64,000 nucleotides of DNA from Acutalibacteraceae bacterium (GCA_045576295.1 JAZNGF010000035.1:58-64057), one strand, 5' to 3'. Shown: positions 1 to 9,741, numbered from the stretch's first letter. Numbers and translations: made by a program. Notes: a model not told the origin generated them from the letters alone.

Positions 1-14
1 AAGTATCACTTAAA

Positions 15-389
15 TTACTTAAGCTCAACCTTAGCGCCAACTTCTTCAAGTTTAGCTTTGATGCTTTCAGCATCTTCTTTAGAAGCTGCTTCTTTAAGAG
101 TTTTAGGAGCACCATCAACAAGAGCTTTAGCCTCTGCAAGGCCAAGACCTGTGATTTCGCGAACAGCCTTAATAACCTTAATCTTTTCTGCGCCTGCTTC
201 TGTAAGAACAACGTCGAATTCAGTTTTCTCTTCAGCTGCTGCTGCGCCTGCTGCAGGTGCTGCAACTGCAACTGCTGCTGCTGCAGATACGCCGAATTCA
301 TCCTCTACTGCCTTTACGAGCTCTGAAAGCTCTAATACTGTAAGAACCTTAATCTCTTCAATGAGAGCTGCAATCTTTTCTGATGCCAT
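15..389 (-). CDS. rplL: 50S ribosomal protein L7/L12
   Basis: The 124-aa ORF has the Ala-rich hinge ([19 protein letters not shown]) and the C-terminal [15 protein letters not shown] motif. It lies directly downstream of rplJ. Confidence 0.97.
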   Translation of the reverse strand: MASEKIAALIEEIKVLTVLELSELVKAVEDEFGVSAAAAVAVAAPAAGAAAAEEKTEFDVVLTEAGAEKIKVIKAVREITGLGLAEAKALVDGAPKTLKEAASKEDAESIKAKLEEVGAKVELK

Positions 390-434
390 TTTAATTTACC
401 TCCAAATATAAATTTAAGTTTTTGTTTTTTTAAA

Positions 435-950
435 TTATTCTGCTTCTGCGGCTGTTTCGCCGTCTTTATCAACAATTGCTTGAATTGCACGAGCAAATGA
501 TGCGATAGGTGCGTTGAACGCATTGCAAACTGTAGCAAGTAAAACATCCCTTGTGGGGAGCTTTGAAAGGCTTTCTACTGTAGCGAGGTCGATAACCTCG
601 CCATCGAGGAAACCTGATTTAATGGTGAAGTTTTCGTGAGATTCAGCGAACTTACCTAAAATTCTTGCAGCTGCAACGTGATCGTCTGCGCTTACTGCAA
701 CAGCAGTTGTTCCTTCTAATACTTCGCCAAGACCTTCAAGTTCAGTGTCGGCAATGGCAAGGCGGAGAAGGGTGTTCTTAGCAACAAAGTAATCAACGCC
801 TGCTTCACGGAGTTCTTTACGGAGAACTGTATCGTCAGCAACCGAGATACCTTTGTAGTCAACAACTACACCGGCAACAGCACCTGCGAATTTCTCTTTA
901 AGAGTAGCAACCTGCTGCTTCTTAGATTCTAAAACCTTTGCACTGGGCAT
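435..950 (-). CDS. rplJ: 50S ribosomal protein L10
   Basis: A 171-aa ORF in the canonical rplJ-rplL position with an L10-like N-terminus (KKQQVATLKEKF...GVVVDYKGISV). A GGAGGTGA RBS lies upstream. Confidence 0.95.
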   Translation of the reverse strand: MPSAKVLESKKQQVATLKEKFAGAVAGVVVDYKGISVADDTVLRKELREAGVDYFVAKNTLLRLAIADTELEGLGEVLEGTTAVAVSADDHVAAARILGKFAESHENFTIKSGFLDGEVIDLATVESLSKLPTRDVLLATVCNAFNAPIASFARAIQAIVDKDGETAAEAE

Positions 951-1129
951 TTAATTTCACCTCCGAAAATAAAACCTGCTCCCAAAAACATGGGAACAGG
1001 TTAAACACATAACGGGTTACGTTAAAAAATTTAACATATTCCTCGGTAGGCCTTAGTTTTAAGCCTTGCGGCACCTACTGTCTTTGGTAGTAATATAATT
1101 AGTTTATCACCTGAAAACAGGTTTGTCAA
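951..1129 (-). promoter_or_regulatory. rplJ promoter plus L10-leader-like attenuator
   Basis: On the minus strand: TTGACA (1129-1124), a 17-nt spacer, TAAACT (1106-1101). This is followed by a structured leader and a hairpin AACCTGTTCCCA...GGGAGCAGGTT (about 1002-973) with a U-rich tail just before the rplJ RBS. The position and architecture match the ribosomal L10 leader. Family assignment is from memory and was not searched. Confidence 0.55.
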
Positions 1130-1150
1130 CTAAAAATTTAAATAAGCTGA

Positions 1151-1846
1151 TTATGCGCCGAATTTAGCAACATTAATCTTAATGCCAGGGCCCATTGTTG
1201 TTGCAACAACGCAAGACTTAATGTACTGACCCTTTGCTGCCGCAGGCTTAGCCTTAACGATGGCTGTCATAAGAGTATCGAGGTTTTCCTGAAGCTTTTC
1301 AGGGCCGAATGATACCTTGCCGATTGGGCAGTGAATAATGTTGGTTTTGTCAAGACGGTACTCAATCTTACCTGCTTTTGCTTCGGTAACAGCCTTAGCA
1401 ACATCGGGTGTAACTGTACCTGCCTTGGGGTTAGGCATAAGTCCGCGAGGACCAAGAACCTTACCAAGACGGCCTACAAGACCCATCATATCAGGTGTTG
1501 CGATAACAACGTCGAAATCCATCCAGTTTTCGTTCTGGATTTTTGCAACGAGGTCTTCAGCGCCAACATAGTCAGCACCTGCAGCCTTTGCAGCTTCAAC
1601 CTTGTCTTCTTTACAGATAACAAGTGTTCTAACATTTTTACCGGTTCCGTTCGGGAGAACAACGGCGCCTCTAACCTGCTGGTCAGCGTGGCGTGAGTCA
1701 ACACCTAAACGAACGTGAATTTCAACGGTTTCGTCGAATTTTGCGGTTTTTGTTTTAACAGCAAGATCCATTGCTTCAGCAATGTCATACTGTTTGTTTC
1801 TTTCAACGAGCTTAGCGCTGTCGTTGTATTTCTTTCCATGTTTCAT
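1151..1846 (-). CDS. rplA: 50S ribosomal protein L1
   Basis: A 231-aa ORF with typical L1 sequence (MKHGKKY...[14 protein letters not shown]...[14 protein letters not shown]), downstream of rplK. Confidence 0.97.
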   Translation of the reverse strand: MKHGKKYNDSAKLVERNKQYDIAEAMDLAVKTKTAKFDETVEIHVRLGVDSRHADQQVRGAVVLPNGTGKNVRTLVICKEDKVEAAKAAGADYVGAEDLVAKIQNENWMDFDVVIATPDMMGLVGRLGKVLGPRGLMPNPKAGTVTPDVAKAVTEAKAGKIEYRLDKTNIIHCPIGKVSFGPEKLQENLDTLMTAIVKAKPAAAKGQYIKSCVVATTMGPGIKINVAKFGA

Positions 1847-1904
1847 ACTACAATTCCTCCAATAGAGTGGTTAAATCGGATTTTTCCTCCCACCCTGAGC
1901 ATTA

Positions 1905-2330
1905 TTAATCGACTACTTCGATACCCATGCTTCTTGCTGTGCCGGCAATCATCGACATTGCTGATTCAACACTTGAAGCGTTAAGGTCGGGCATTTTAGT
2001 TTCTGCGATTTTTCTAACTTGCTCACTGGTGATCTTTGCGACCTTTGTTTTGTTAGGTACGCCTGAACCGCTTTCGATTCCGCAAGCCTTCTTAATAAGA
2101 ACAGCTGCAGGCGGAGTTTTGGTAACGAAGCTGAATGAACGGTCGGCATAAACTGTAATAACTACAGGGATGATTAAGCCTGCATCGTTCTTTGTGCGCT
2201 CGTTGAACTCTTTTGTGAAAGCCATGATGTTAACACCGTGCTGACCGAGAGCCGGACCAACAGGTGGTGCCGGAGTTGCCTTTCCGGCGGGAATTTGCAG
2301 TTTGATATAGCCAGTAACTTTCTGAGCCAT
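1905..2330 (-). CDS. rplK: 50S ribosomal protein L11
   Basis: A 141-aa ORF with the L11 signature ([28 protein letters not shown]). Confidence 0.97.
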   Translation of the reverse strand: MAQKVTGYIKLQIPAGKATPAPPVGPALGQHGVNIMAFTKEFNERTKNDAGLIIPVVITVYADRSFSFVTKTPPAAVLIKKACGIESGSGVPNKTKVAKITSEQVRKIAETKMPDLNASSVESAMSMIAGTARSMGIEVVD

Positions 2331-2464
2331 TTATTTGCACCTCCAAAAATATGTGGTAGCAGCATACGTGCTATGCCTGACGGAATGAACGAATGTGTTA
2401 TTTTCATTCCTCCCACTGATACTGTAAAGGCAGTATCACGGCCTAACGGCCGGTTTTAATCGAA

Positions 2465-2995
2465 TTAATCGTCGGCAGTTTCGATTTGGTTTAACTCTAA
2501 TTCAACCTTTGTTTCTCTGCCGAACATTGAAATTGTTACAGAAACATTGTTGTCCTGTACGCTCATTTCATCAACAACACCCGTGAAGCCTTCAAGCGGA
2601 CCGTCGATAATTCTGACAGTGTCGCCAACCTGATAGCTTACCTCGACAACGCGCTTTTCTACGCCGAGTGCCGCAACCTCCTTTTCGGTAAGGGGGACCG
2701 GCTTGGAAGCAGGGCCAACAAAGCCCGTGCAGCCATGGATGTTCCTGACAACATACCATGAATCGTCGGTTACGATCATCTTAACAAGCACATATCCGGG
2801 AAAGATCTTCCTTTCAACTTCGCGCTTTTTATCACCGTTTATTTCGGTAACGGTTTCGGTTGGAACGCGGATGTCTTGAATTAAATCTTGCATACCGCGG
2901 TTTTCAACAACCTTTTCAAGATCGGTCATAACCTTGTTTTCATAGCCCGAATAGGTATGAATTACATACCACTTTGCATCACTGTACTCTGACAT
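2465..2995 (-). CDS. nusG: Transcription termination/antitermination factor NusG
   Basis: A 176-aa ORF with the NGN start (KWYVIHTYSGYENKV) and a C-terminal KOW motif (GDTVRIIDGPLEGFTGVV). Conserved secE-nusG-rplK order. Confidence 0.95.
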   Translation of the reverse strand: MSEYSDAKWYVIHTYSGYENKVMTDLEKVVENRGMQDLIQDIRVPTETVTEINGDKKREVERKIFPGYVLVKMIVTDDSWYVVRNIHGCTGFVGPASKPVPLTEKEVAALGVEKRVVEVSYQVGDTVRIIDGPLEGFTGVVDEMSVQDNNVSVTISMFGRETKVELELNQIETADD

Positions 2996-3017
2996 CTTGA
3001 GACCTCCTTAGCTTATC

Positions 3018-3710
3018 TTACAGTTTCCAAATAAGGTCAAGAAGTGAGGATAAGCCAAAGTCAAGAAGCCAAATAAATGCACCAATAATTGCGCATATAA
3101 TTAATACGACAATTGTGTTTTTAACCACAGACCTGGGGCCGGGCCAAACGATCTTTTTAATTTCTCCCTTATTATCTTTAAGGAACTTTACAACCTTTTG
3201 CACAATTGTAAGCTTTTTCTCACTTGATGCTGAAACCTCTAAATAGTTATCAGCAAGAATGAAAACAGCGTTTGCAATTACTGCAAGGAACAAGGCAATA
3301 GGAATTAAAATAACGAAGCTCGAATAGGTAACCTCGGTTACACCTGTGAGCGGGCGTGTATCAACAAATTTTGTTGCCTTGCTTAAAGCCATAACCAGCA
3401 TATAAACTGCTGAAATAAGGGTTGCTACAATGTGATACCAACGAGCAGCCTTAGCCTTTGTAAATGCTAAAGCAGAGGTTATAACAGAAATCGCTGTTAA
3501 GATGAAGCACAAAAGAACATCAGACGACTTAGCCATTTCATAGGTTACATCGTTTACTGTTATTTTGCCGCCAAAAGCGAGTTGTGTACCAACAAGCTCT
3601 GCTGTTCCGTTGGAGCTAACAATGGTTGCGAAGCTTAAAAAGAACAATACCAGTGCTGCAAGCGAGAAAACTATAGTCAGAATACGTGTGGAATTTTTTA
3701 ATAATTTCAT
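3018..3710 (-). CDS. secE: Preprotein translocase SecE domain fused to a long N-terminal polytopic membrane extension
   Basis: The C-terminal ~60 aa (KFLKDNKGEIKKIVWPGPRSVVKNTIVVLIICAIIGAFIWLLD) is a typical SecE. The preceding ~165 aa are hydrophobic helices in the same frame. A strong GGAGG RBS lies 8 nt upstream of the ATG at 3710. The gene sits between rpmG and nusG as secE normally does. Confidence 0.75.
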   Translation of the reverse strand: MKLLKNSTRILTIVFSLAALVLFFLSFATIVSSNGTAELVGTQLAFGGKITVNDVTYEMAKSSDVLLCFILTAISVITSALAFTKAKAARWYHIVATLISAVYMLVMALSKATKFVDTRPLTGVTEVTYSSFVILIPIALFLAVIANAVFILADNYLEVSASSEKKLTIVQKVVKFLKDNKGEIKKIVWPGPRSVVKNTIVVLIICAIIGAFIWLLDFGLSSLLDLIWKL

Positions 3711-3723
3711 TCTATATTCCTCC

Positions 3724-3873
3724 TTATTTAGTTTCTTTGTGAACAGTATGCTTTTTGCAGAACCTGCAGTACTTGTTCATCTCGAGCCTGTCAGGGTCAT
3801 TCTTCTTGTTCTTCATTGTGTTGTAGTTGCGCTGTTTGCATTCAGTGCAAGCAAGTGTGATTTTTACTCTCAT
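3724..3873 (-). CDS. rpmG: 50S ribosomal protein L33
   Basis: Internal start of the 77-aa track ORF, giving [49 protein letters not shown] (49 aa, CxxC...CxxC). A GGGAGG RBS precedes the ATG at 3873. Confidence 0.9.
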   Translation of the reverse strand: MRVKITLACTECKQRNYNTMKNKKNDPDRLEMNKYCRFCKKHTVHKETK

Positions 3874-4050
3874 AACGGCACCTCCCGTTTTACGGAAATA
3901 TTTTTGCCCACCACTAAAAAGCGGGCTGGCCTCCCTCGTTTTAAGCAACCACTGCAAATCGGTAAAAGTTTCACCGAAGCGCGTTTTGCAGGTGGTAATG
4001 AACTGCTTAAAAAGCCCTTTTTTGCAAAAGAGCCTCGCAGAGGTAATAGC

Positions 4051-4079
4051 ATTATATCACAGCGCACCAAAAAGGTCAA
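4051..4079 (-). promoter_or_regulatory. Putative sigma-A promoter of the rpmG-secE-nusG unit
   Basis: On the minus strand: TTGACC (4079-4074), a 17-nt spacer, TGa-TATAAT (4056-4051). This leaves a ~170-nt untranslated leader before rpmG. Confidence 0.5.
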
Positions 4080-4128
4080 GCATTTTTATTTTTAAATTTT
4101 CGGCATTAGGCTTAAGGCATTCGATTGT

Positions 4129-4428
4129 TTAAATGCCGTATTTCTTTAAATCAACGCTACCGTCTTTTTCAAATACTATTCCCTCTTTTTCAAGCAATGC
4201 CTTTTGCGAGGCGCCTCCGCCAAAGGCAAAGGCTTCGGCCACACGGCCTTCGCGGTTCACAACCCTGTGGCAAGGGATAACCCCTGGCGCCGGATTATTA
4301 TGAAGCGCATAACCCACCACGCGCGCCCATCGAGGGTTGCCCGCAAGCAGCGCAACCTGCCCATAGGTTGCCACCTTTCCCTTTGGGATTTTCAAAACAA
4401 CATCGTATATTTTTTCAAAAACCGTCAT
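4129..4428 (-). CDS. MGMT-family protein (methylated-DNA-protein-cysteine methyltransferase DNA-binding/active-site domain only)
   Basis: A 99-aa ORF with the PCHRVV active-site motif and the helix-turn-wing region (ATYGQVALLAGNPRWARVVG). Confidence 0.8.
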   Translation of the reverse strand: MTVFEKIYDVVLKIPKGKVATYGQVALLAGNPRWARVVGYALHNNPAPGVIPCHRVVNREGRVAEAFAFGGGASQKALLEKEGIVFEKDGSVDLKKYGI

Positions 4429-4491
4429 AACGCACCTCGAAATTCAGCCGCTGTATTGCGGCATTTTTGCCGCCAAGGGCAGCTGCAACAA

Positions 4492-6651
4492 TTAATTATC
4501 GCCGCGCATTGTAAGGCTTATGCGTTTTTTTGCTTCATCAATCTCTAAAACTTTAACATTAACCACATCGCCAACCGTTAAAACCTCCGACGGGTGCTTA
4601 ATAAACCTATTGCATATCTGCGATATATGAACAAGCCCGTCTTGATGCACGCCTATATCAACAAAAGCGCCGAAATCAATAACATTTCTAACCGTGCCTT
4701 TAAGCGTCATTCCGGGTTTTAAGTCGCTTATATCTAAAACATCACTTTTAAGCTCGGTGGGCGGCAGTTCATCGCGCACATCCCTGCCCGGTTTCATAAG
4801 CTCTGCCACAACATCGCGAAGTGTGAAAACGCCTATTCCGGCTTCACTTGCAAGTTTTTCTTCGCCAAACGCTAAAACCTCATCTAAAAGGTTTTGAAGT
4901 TTGCCGTGCTTTACGTCGTCAATACTGTGCCCGGTGAGCGCCAAAATCTTTTCGGCCGCAGGGTAGGCCTCGGGGTGAACCGCTGTGTTATCAAGCACAT
5001 TTTTGCTTTCGCGTATTCTTAAAAAGCCTGCGCACTGCTCAAATGCTTTAGGCCCTAACTTTTTAACCTTTTTAAGCTGTGCGCGCGAAGTAAAAGCTCC
5101 GTTTTCTTCGCGGTAGGTAACAATATTTTTCGAAACCGCCGCATCAACGCCCGAAACTCGGCGAAGTAGTGAGGGCGATGCTGTGTTCAGGTCAACACCC
5201 ACGCTGTTAACGCAGTCTTCCACAACCGCATTTAGCGCTTCATCTAACCTTTTCGGCGGCATATCGTGCTGATATTGGCCAACGCCTATTGATTTCGGGT
5301 CGATTTTCACAAGCTCGGCAAGCGGGTCCTGAAGCCGCCTTGCTATCGACACCGCCGAACGCAGGTTAACATCGAACTGCGGAAATTCCTCGGCCGCAAG
5401 CTCACTTGCCGAATAAACCGAAGCACCCGCCTCCGACACAACGGCATAAGCGGCTTTAAAGCCCTCTTCGCTCACACGGCGGATAAGCTCGGCTGTCATA
5501 ATTTCAGTTTCTTTTCCTGCGGTTCCGTTGCCCACCGCAATGCTGCAAACGCCGTGCTTTTTAATTAATGCCGAAAGCAAATTAATGGCCTGCTCTTTTT
5601 TGGCTTCACCGTGGGTTGGGTAAACAACGGCCGTGTCGAGTACCTTGCCTGTTTCATCAACAACCGCAACCTTGCAACCCATGCGGTAACCCGGGTCGAG
5701 CCCCATTGTAACCTTGCCCTTAACAGGAGGCTGCATTAAAAGCGGCTTTAAGTTAAGCGCGAACTGATCTATCGCACCGTCGGCCGCGACATCGGTTAAG
5801 GTTGACCTTATCTCACGTTCGAGCGATGGGAATATAAGGCGGGTGTAAGCATCGATACACACGTTTTCCATTATTTCTTTCGCGGGGGTTATACCTTTAA
5901 TATATATGCGTTTGATTACATCTAAGCTTAAATCTTTATCAAGCTCTACGGCAACCTTTAAAAATTCTTCCTTTTCGCCGCGGTTAAGCGCCAGCACCTG
6001 GTAGCCCTTTATTCTTGAAACCGCCGCCGAAAATTCGTAATAATTGCTGTAGGGTGAGTCGGCATCGGTTGCCGCTGCCGAACTAATAACACCCTTTTGG
6101 TTAAGAAGCGCCCTTAATTTCTTTCTAAGCTCGGCGTCATCACTTATTATTTCGGCTATTATATCCTGCGCTCCCTGAAGCGCCTGCTCAACCGATTCAA
6201 CGCCTAATTCTTCCGAGAGATATTTTTCTGCCTCGGCGGAGGGGTTGCAGTCTGCCGCCTGGCTCAAAATATATTCAGCCAGCCCCTCAAGCCCCATTTC
6301 ACGCGCGGCCGACGCTCTTGTTCTGCGCTTCTTTTTATAGGGTGCGTATAAATCTTCAAGTTCGGTCATGGTGGCTGCAGCGCCAATGGCCGCCTGAAGT
6401 TCATCTGTGAGTTTGCCTTGCTCTTCTATACTTTTAAGTATTGCTTCTCTTCTATCTTCAAGCGCGCGAAGCTGCGCAAGGCGTTTTTCGAGTGTGCGAA
6501 GGCTTGTGTCGTCCATTGCGCCGTGCATTTCTTTTCTGTAGCGCGCTATAAACGGTATTGTGTTGCCTTCATCGATAAGTTTTATAACATTTTCTATGTG
6601 TGTTTGCTGTTTGCCGAGTTCCTCGGCCAAAATCTGCGAAATACCCTGCAT
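4492..6651 (-). CDS. tex: Tex-like transcription accessory protein with C-terminal S1 RNA-binding domain
   Basis: A ~719-aa protein counted from the internal ATG at 6651 (MQGISQILAEELGK). It has the Tex N-terminal motif (IPFIARYRKE), a YqgF-like core, HhH repeats, and a C-terminal S1 domain (GTVRNVIDFGAFVDIGVHQDGLVHIS). Confidence 0.9.
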   Translation of the reverse strand: MQGISQILAEELGKQQTHIENVIKLIDEGNTIPFIARYRKEMHGAMDDTSLRTLEKRLAQLRALEDRREAILKSIEEQGKLTDELQAAIGAAATMTELEDLYAPYKKKRRTRASAAREMGLEGLAEYILSQAADCNPSAEAEKYLSEELGVESVEQALQGAQDIIAEIISDDAELRKKLRALLNQKGVISSAAATDADSPYSNYYEFSAAVSRIKGYQVLALNRGEKEEFLKVAVELDKDLSLDVIKRIYIKGITPAKEIMENVCIDAYTRLIFPSLEREIRSTLTDVAADGAIDQFALNLKPLLMQPPVKGKVTMGLDPGYRMGCKVAVVDETGKVLDTAVVYPTHGEAKKEQAINLLSALIKKHGVCSIAVGNGTAGKETEIMTAELIRRVSEEGFKAAYAVVSEAGASVYSASELAAEEFPQFDVNLRSAVSIARRLQDPLAELVKIDPKSIGVGQYQHDMPPKRLDEALNAVVEDCVNSVGVDLNTASPSLLRRVSGVDAAVSKNIVTYREENGAFTSRAQLKKVKKLGPKAFEQCAGFLRIRESKNVLDNTAVHPEAYPAAEKILALTGHSIDDVKHGKLQNLLDEVLAFGEEKLASEAGIGVFTLRDVVAELMKPGRDVRDELPPTELKSDVLDISDLKPGMTLKGTVRNVIDFGAFVDIGVHQDGLVHISQICNRFIKHPSEVLTVGDVVNVKVLEIDEAKKRISLTMRGDN

Positions 6652-6797
6652 ATATGTTCCTCTTTCTTTTGTTTTGCTTACATTATATATAGGCGCGCAC
6701 CTTACGCTATTGCGCCGCAAAATTTAAGGTAATTATAACAAATTCAGGCTCAAAACACAACCGCCGCTAATAAATTTGTGGTTTATTAAAAAAAGTC

Positions 6798-6826
6798 TTG
6801 CAAAATAGTTTTTGCTGTGATATAAT
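6798..6826 (+). promoter_or_regulatory. Putative sigma-A promoter of rpsB-tsf
   Basis: TTGCAA (6798-6803), a 17-nt spacer, TGtgaTATAAT with the -10 at 6821-6826. Confidence 0.55.
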
Positions 6827-6962
6827 CAAACAGCTTAATGGTACGCCATACCACCAAGCGAAAAATACACACGCTTCTGCTTGATGTTAACGGGCAGGTG
6901 CCGCAAACTGCTTGCGGTCCCCGAACAGGCAGAACGGAGGAAAAACCGAGGAGGAAAATTTT

Positions 6963-7694
6963 ATGGCAGTAGTATCAATGAAACAGTTGCTCGAAGCAGG
7001 CGTTCACTTCGGCCACCAGACAAGACGTTGGAACCCCAAAATGGCTCCCTACATCTTCACAGAACGCAACGGTATTTACATTATTGACCTTCAGAAAACA
7101 TCAAAGAAGCTCAACGAAGCTTATGACTTCGTTCGCTCAATCGCTGCTGAAGGTAAAGAAATCCTTTTTGTAGGAACCAAGAAGCAGGCTCAGGATGCTA
7201 TCCGCGAAGAAGCTAAAAAATGCTCAATGCCTTACGTTAACGCACGTTGGCTCGGCGGTATGCTCACAAACTTCAAAACAATTCAGAGAAGAATTAAGAG
7301 ATTAGAGCAACTCCACAAAATGGATGAAGACGGCACATTCGATATGCTCCCCAAAAAGGAAGTTATCAAGCTCAACCTCGAAATCGAAAAGCTTGAAAAG
7401 TTCTTAGGCGGCATTAAAGATATGAAAGAAATGCCCGGCGCAATGTTCATCGTTGACCCGCGCAAGGAAAGAATCGCAGTTATGGAAGCTAAGAAGCTCA
7501 ACATCCCGATCATCGCTATCTGCGACACCAACTGCGACCCCGACGAAATCGACGCTGTTATCCCCGGTAACGACGATGCTATCCGTGCTGTAAACCTTAT
7601 CACTGCAACAATGGCTGCAGCTGTTATCGAAGGCAAGCAGGGCGAACAGGTTGAAGCTGAAGAAGCAGAAGCTCAAGAAGCAACCGAAGAATAA
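6963..7694 (+). CDS. rpsB: 30S ribosomal protein S2
   Basis: Start at the ATG at 6963 behind GAGGAGG. The sequence [27 protein letters not shown] is the canonical S2 N-terminus. Confidence 0.96.
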   Translation: MAVVSMKQLLEAGVHFGHQTRRWNPKMAPYIFTERNGIYIIDLQKTSKKLNEAYDFVRSIAAEGKEILFVGTKKQAQDAIREEAKKCSMPYVNARWLGGMLTNFKTIQRRIKRLEQLHKMDEDGTFDMLPKKEVIKLNLEIEKLEKFLGGIKDMKEMPGAMFIVDPRKERIAVMEAKKLNIPIIAICDTNCDPDEIDAVIPGNDDAIRAVNLITATMAAAVIEGKQGEQVEAEEAEAQEATEE

Positions 7695-7768
7695 TTAACA
7701 TTAAACTAATCCCCAATGCTCGCATCTGCGGGCATTTTTGGGGTTAACATTTAAAGGAGGAAATAACA

Positions 7769-8680
7769 ATGGCATTTACAGCTAAAGACGTGCAGGCACT
7801 CCGCGAAAAAACCGGTTGCGGTATGATGGATTGCAAAAAGGCACTTACAGAATGCGACGGCAACATGGAAGCCGCTGTTGACTTTTTAAGAGAAAAGGGC
7901 TTAGCTTCACAGGCTAAGAAGGCAACAAGAGTTGCAGCTGAAGGCACCGTTACAACATTCGTTGGAAACGGCGTTGCAGCAGTTGTTGAGGTTAACACCG
8001 AAACCGACTTCGTTGCAAGTAACGATGAATTTAAGGCTTGCGCAGCAAAGATTGCTGAAATTGCAGCTACACAGAACCCCGCAGATGTTGACGCACTTTT
8101 AACCTGCAAAAACGAAAGCGGTGCAACAGTTGAAGAAATGATTCAGGAAATATTCCTTAAATTCCGCGAAAACATGAAGGTTCGCCGTTTTGAAAGATTT
8201 GAAGGCGACGTTGTAACCTATGTACACGCAGGCGGTAAGATTGGCGTTATGGTTCAGTTTGACACCGACGTTGCAGGCAAAGATGAATTCGTTGCTATGG
8301 GTAAAAACGTTGCAATGCAGATTGCTGCTATGAACCCTGCATTCCTCGATGAAGCTTCTGTTCCTGCAGAGGTTCTCGACAAAGAAAAGGAAATCCTCGT
8401 TGCTCAGATGAAGGAAGACCCAAAAATGGCTAACAAGCCCGATGCAGTTCTTGCAAAGATCGTTGAAGGTAAAGTTGGCAAATATTATAAAGAAAACTGC
8501 CTTGTTGAGCAGCAGTTCGTTGTTGACGGCGACTACACCGTTGGCAAGTATGTAGAAAAGGTTGCTAAAGATCTTGGCGGCAGCATTAAGATCAACAAGT
8601 TCGTTCGTTTTGAAAAGGGCGAAGGCATCCAAAAACGTGAAGATAACTTCGCTGATGAAGTTGCAAGCATGATCAACTAA
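7769..8680 (+). CDS. tsf: Elongation factor Ts
   Basis: A 303-aa ORF with the UBA-like N-terminus (AKDVQALREKTGCGMMDCKKAL) and an EF-Ts core. Canonical rpsB-tsf pairing. Confidence 0.96.
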   Translation: MAFTAKDVQALREKTGCGMMDCKKALTECDGNMEAAVDFLREKGLASQAKKATRVAAEGTVTTFVGNGVAAVVEVNTETDFVASNDEFKACAAKIAEIAATQNPADVDALLTCKNESGATVEEMIQEIFLKFRENMKVRRFERFEGDVVTYVHAGGKIGVMVQFDTDVAGKDEFVAMGKNVAMQIAAMNPAFLDEASVPAEVLDKEKEILVAQMKEDPKMANKPDAVLAKIVEGKVGKYYKENCLVEQQFVVDGDYTVGKYVEKVAKDLGGSIKINKFVRFEKGEGIQKREDNFADEVASMIN

Positions 8681-8687
8681 TTATTTT

Positions 8688-8716
8688 GGCTCGGCTGATT
8701 TCAGCCGAGCCTTTTT
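8688..8716 (+). terminator. Intrinsic terminator after tsf
   Basis: GGCTCGGCTG-attt-CAGCCGAGCC followed by TTTTT. Confidence 0.85.
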
Positions 8717-8723
8717 GTTGCGT

Positions 8724-9053
8724 TTACCAATCATCATGGGTTATAGCTTCGTGCGATTCGCGCCCAGCCCCCGGCACTTTCGGAAACCCCTGCGAAATTG
8801 CAGGGAATTCGTTACCCGAATCGTTAGTTGGCTGAATGTTATAGGTTCCGTATTTGTTAACAAGCTGCTCTGCACTTTGCGGTTGGCCCATAACAGGCTT
8901 TACTGATAGTTCTAAAACACCTGCATCAGCATGGTTTTTTAAAAAAGCAATTTTTTTATAATCGCAGCCGTCGGCATAATTATAAAGATAATTGTTGCCC
9001 GGTGCCGCCGATTTCTGTTTTGGTTGTTTTGTTTTTTTATACTTTTTGCTCAT
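8724..9053 (-). CDS. Hypothetical protein (109 aa, Lys-rich N-terminus)
   Basis: An ORF with an AGGTGGGGGA-type RBS upstream. I do not recognise a family. Confidence 0.45.
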   Translation of the reverse strand: MSKKYKKTKQPKQKSAAPGNNYLYNYADGCDYKKIAFLKNHADAGVLELSVKPVMGQPQSAEQLVNKYGTYNIQPTNDSGNEFPAISQGFPKVPGAGRESHEAITHDDW

Positions 9054-9221
9054 TTACACTTCCCCCACCTTATAATAAGGTTAATTTTTTCGCCGCAACA
9101 TTAATATTTTCTGCAAAAGCACCACTATAAGCCAAGAGAATTTGAAACAAATTTTAAAAATTTTTCTTATTAATATGTAAGCCCTGCCACAATACCGCGG
9201 CAGAGCGTAATGTTAAAAAGT

Positions 9222-9401
9222 TTATTTCATCATACAACCAAGGTCATCAAAAACATTGCCAATAGCCTTAACGGCTCTACCGGCCTTTTTCATAACAGTT
9301 TTTTTGTTTTTCATTGCGGCAGCCGAAACGGCAGCAACGGCAGCACCTGCAACCACGCCTGCTCCCATACCTTTAACAAAGCTTGAAACCATTCTTGACA
9401 T
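9222..9401 (-). CDS. Small Gly/Ala-rich membrane protein (59 aa; below the ORF-track cutoff)
   Basis: Hand translation gives MSRMVSSFVKGMGAGVVAGAAVAAVSAAAMKNKKTVMKKAGRAVKAIGNVFDDLGCMMK. A GGGGTGA RBS lies 6 nt upstream and a hairpin follows the stop. Confidence 0.45.
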   Translation of the reverse strand: MSRMVSSFVKGMGAGVVAGAAVAAVSAAAMKNKKTVMKKAGRAVKAIGNVFDDLGCMMK

Positions 9402-9507
9402 ATTTTCACCCCACTAATAAATTTGTTTATATTTTGCCCTTTGATTCTAACGTTATTCAGCAGTTAAAAAAATTATAAAAATATGTTAAATAAAAATAAA
9501 AAATGTG

Positions 9508-9536
9508 TTGACAATATGATATTTTTGTGATAAAAT
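9508..9536 (+). promoter_or_regulatory. Putative promoter of the tRNA-Thr/tRNA-Tyr pair
   Basis: TTGACA (9508-9513), a 17-nt spacer, TGtgaTAAAAT with the -10 at 9531-9536. Confidence 0.6.
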
Positions 9537-9561
9537 CTTACTTGTCGCTTGATAGTGATGC

Positions 9562-9637
9562 GCTGGTGTAGCTCAGTTGGTAGAGCAGCTGATTTGTAAT
9601 CAGCAGGTCGGGGGTTCGAGTCCGTCCACCAGCTCCA
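9562..9637 (+). tRNA. tRNA-Thr (anticodon TGT)
   Basis: Cloverleaf folded by hand: acceptor GCTGGTG/CACCAGC, D arm GCTCAGTTGGTAGAGC, anticodon arm GCTGA-TTTGTAA-TCAGC, T loop TTCGAGT, encoded CCA. Confidence 0.9.
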
Positions 9638-9656
9638 TTTTTTTGCAATTTAATAT

Positions 9657-9741
9657 GGGAGAGTTCCCGAGTGGCCAAAGGGGGCAGACTGTAAATCTGT
9701 TGCGTTTCGCTTCGATGGTTCGAATCCGTCCTCTCCCACCA
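9657..9741 (+). tRNA. tRNA-Tyr (anticodon GTA), class II with long variable arm
   Basis: Acceptor GGGAGAG/CTCTCCC, anticodon loop CTGTAAA, long variable arm, T loop TTCGAAT, encoded CCA. Confidence 0.9.

Noticed and set aside
58-411. Long antisense or alternative-frame ORFs in the track. Examples: 58-411(+), 1331-1696(+), 3565-4095(+), 8099-8632(-), 21025-21549(-), 23790-24107(-), 33790-34416(-), 37215-37751(+), 51511-52023(+), 53070-53456(+), 58832-59467(+).
   Set aside because: All lie fully inside, or opposite, well-supported conserved genes. They lack RBS signals and have skewed low-complexity composition typical of shadow ORFs.
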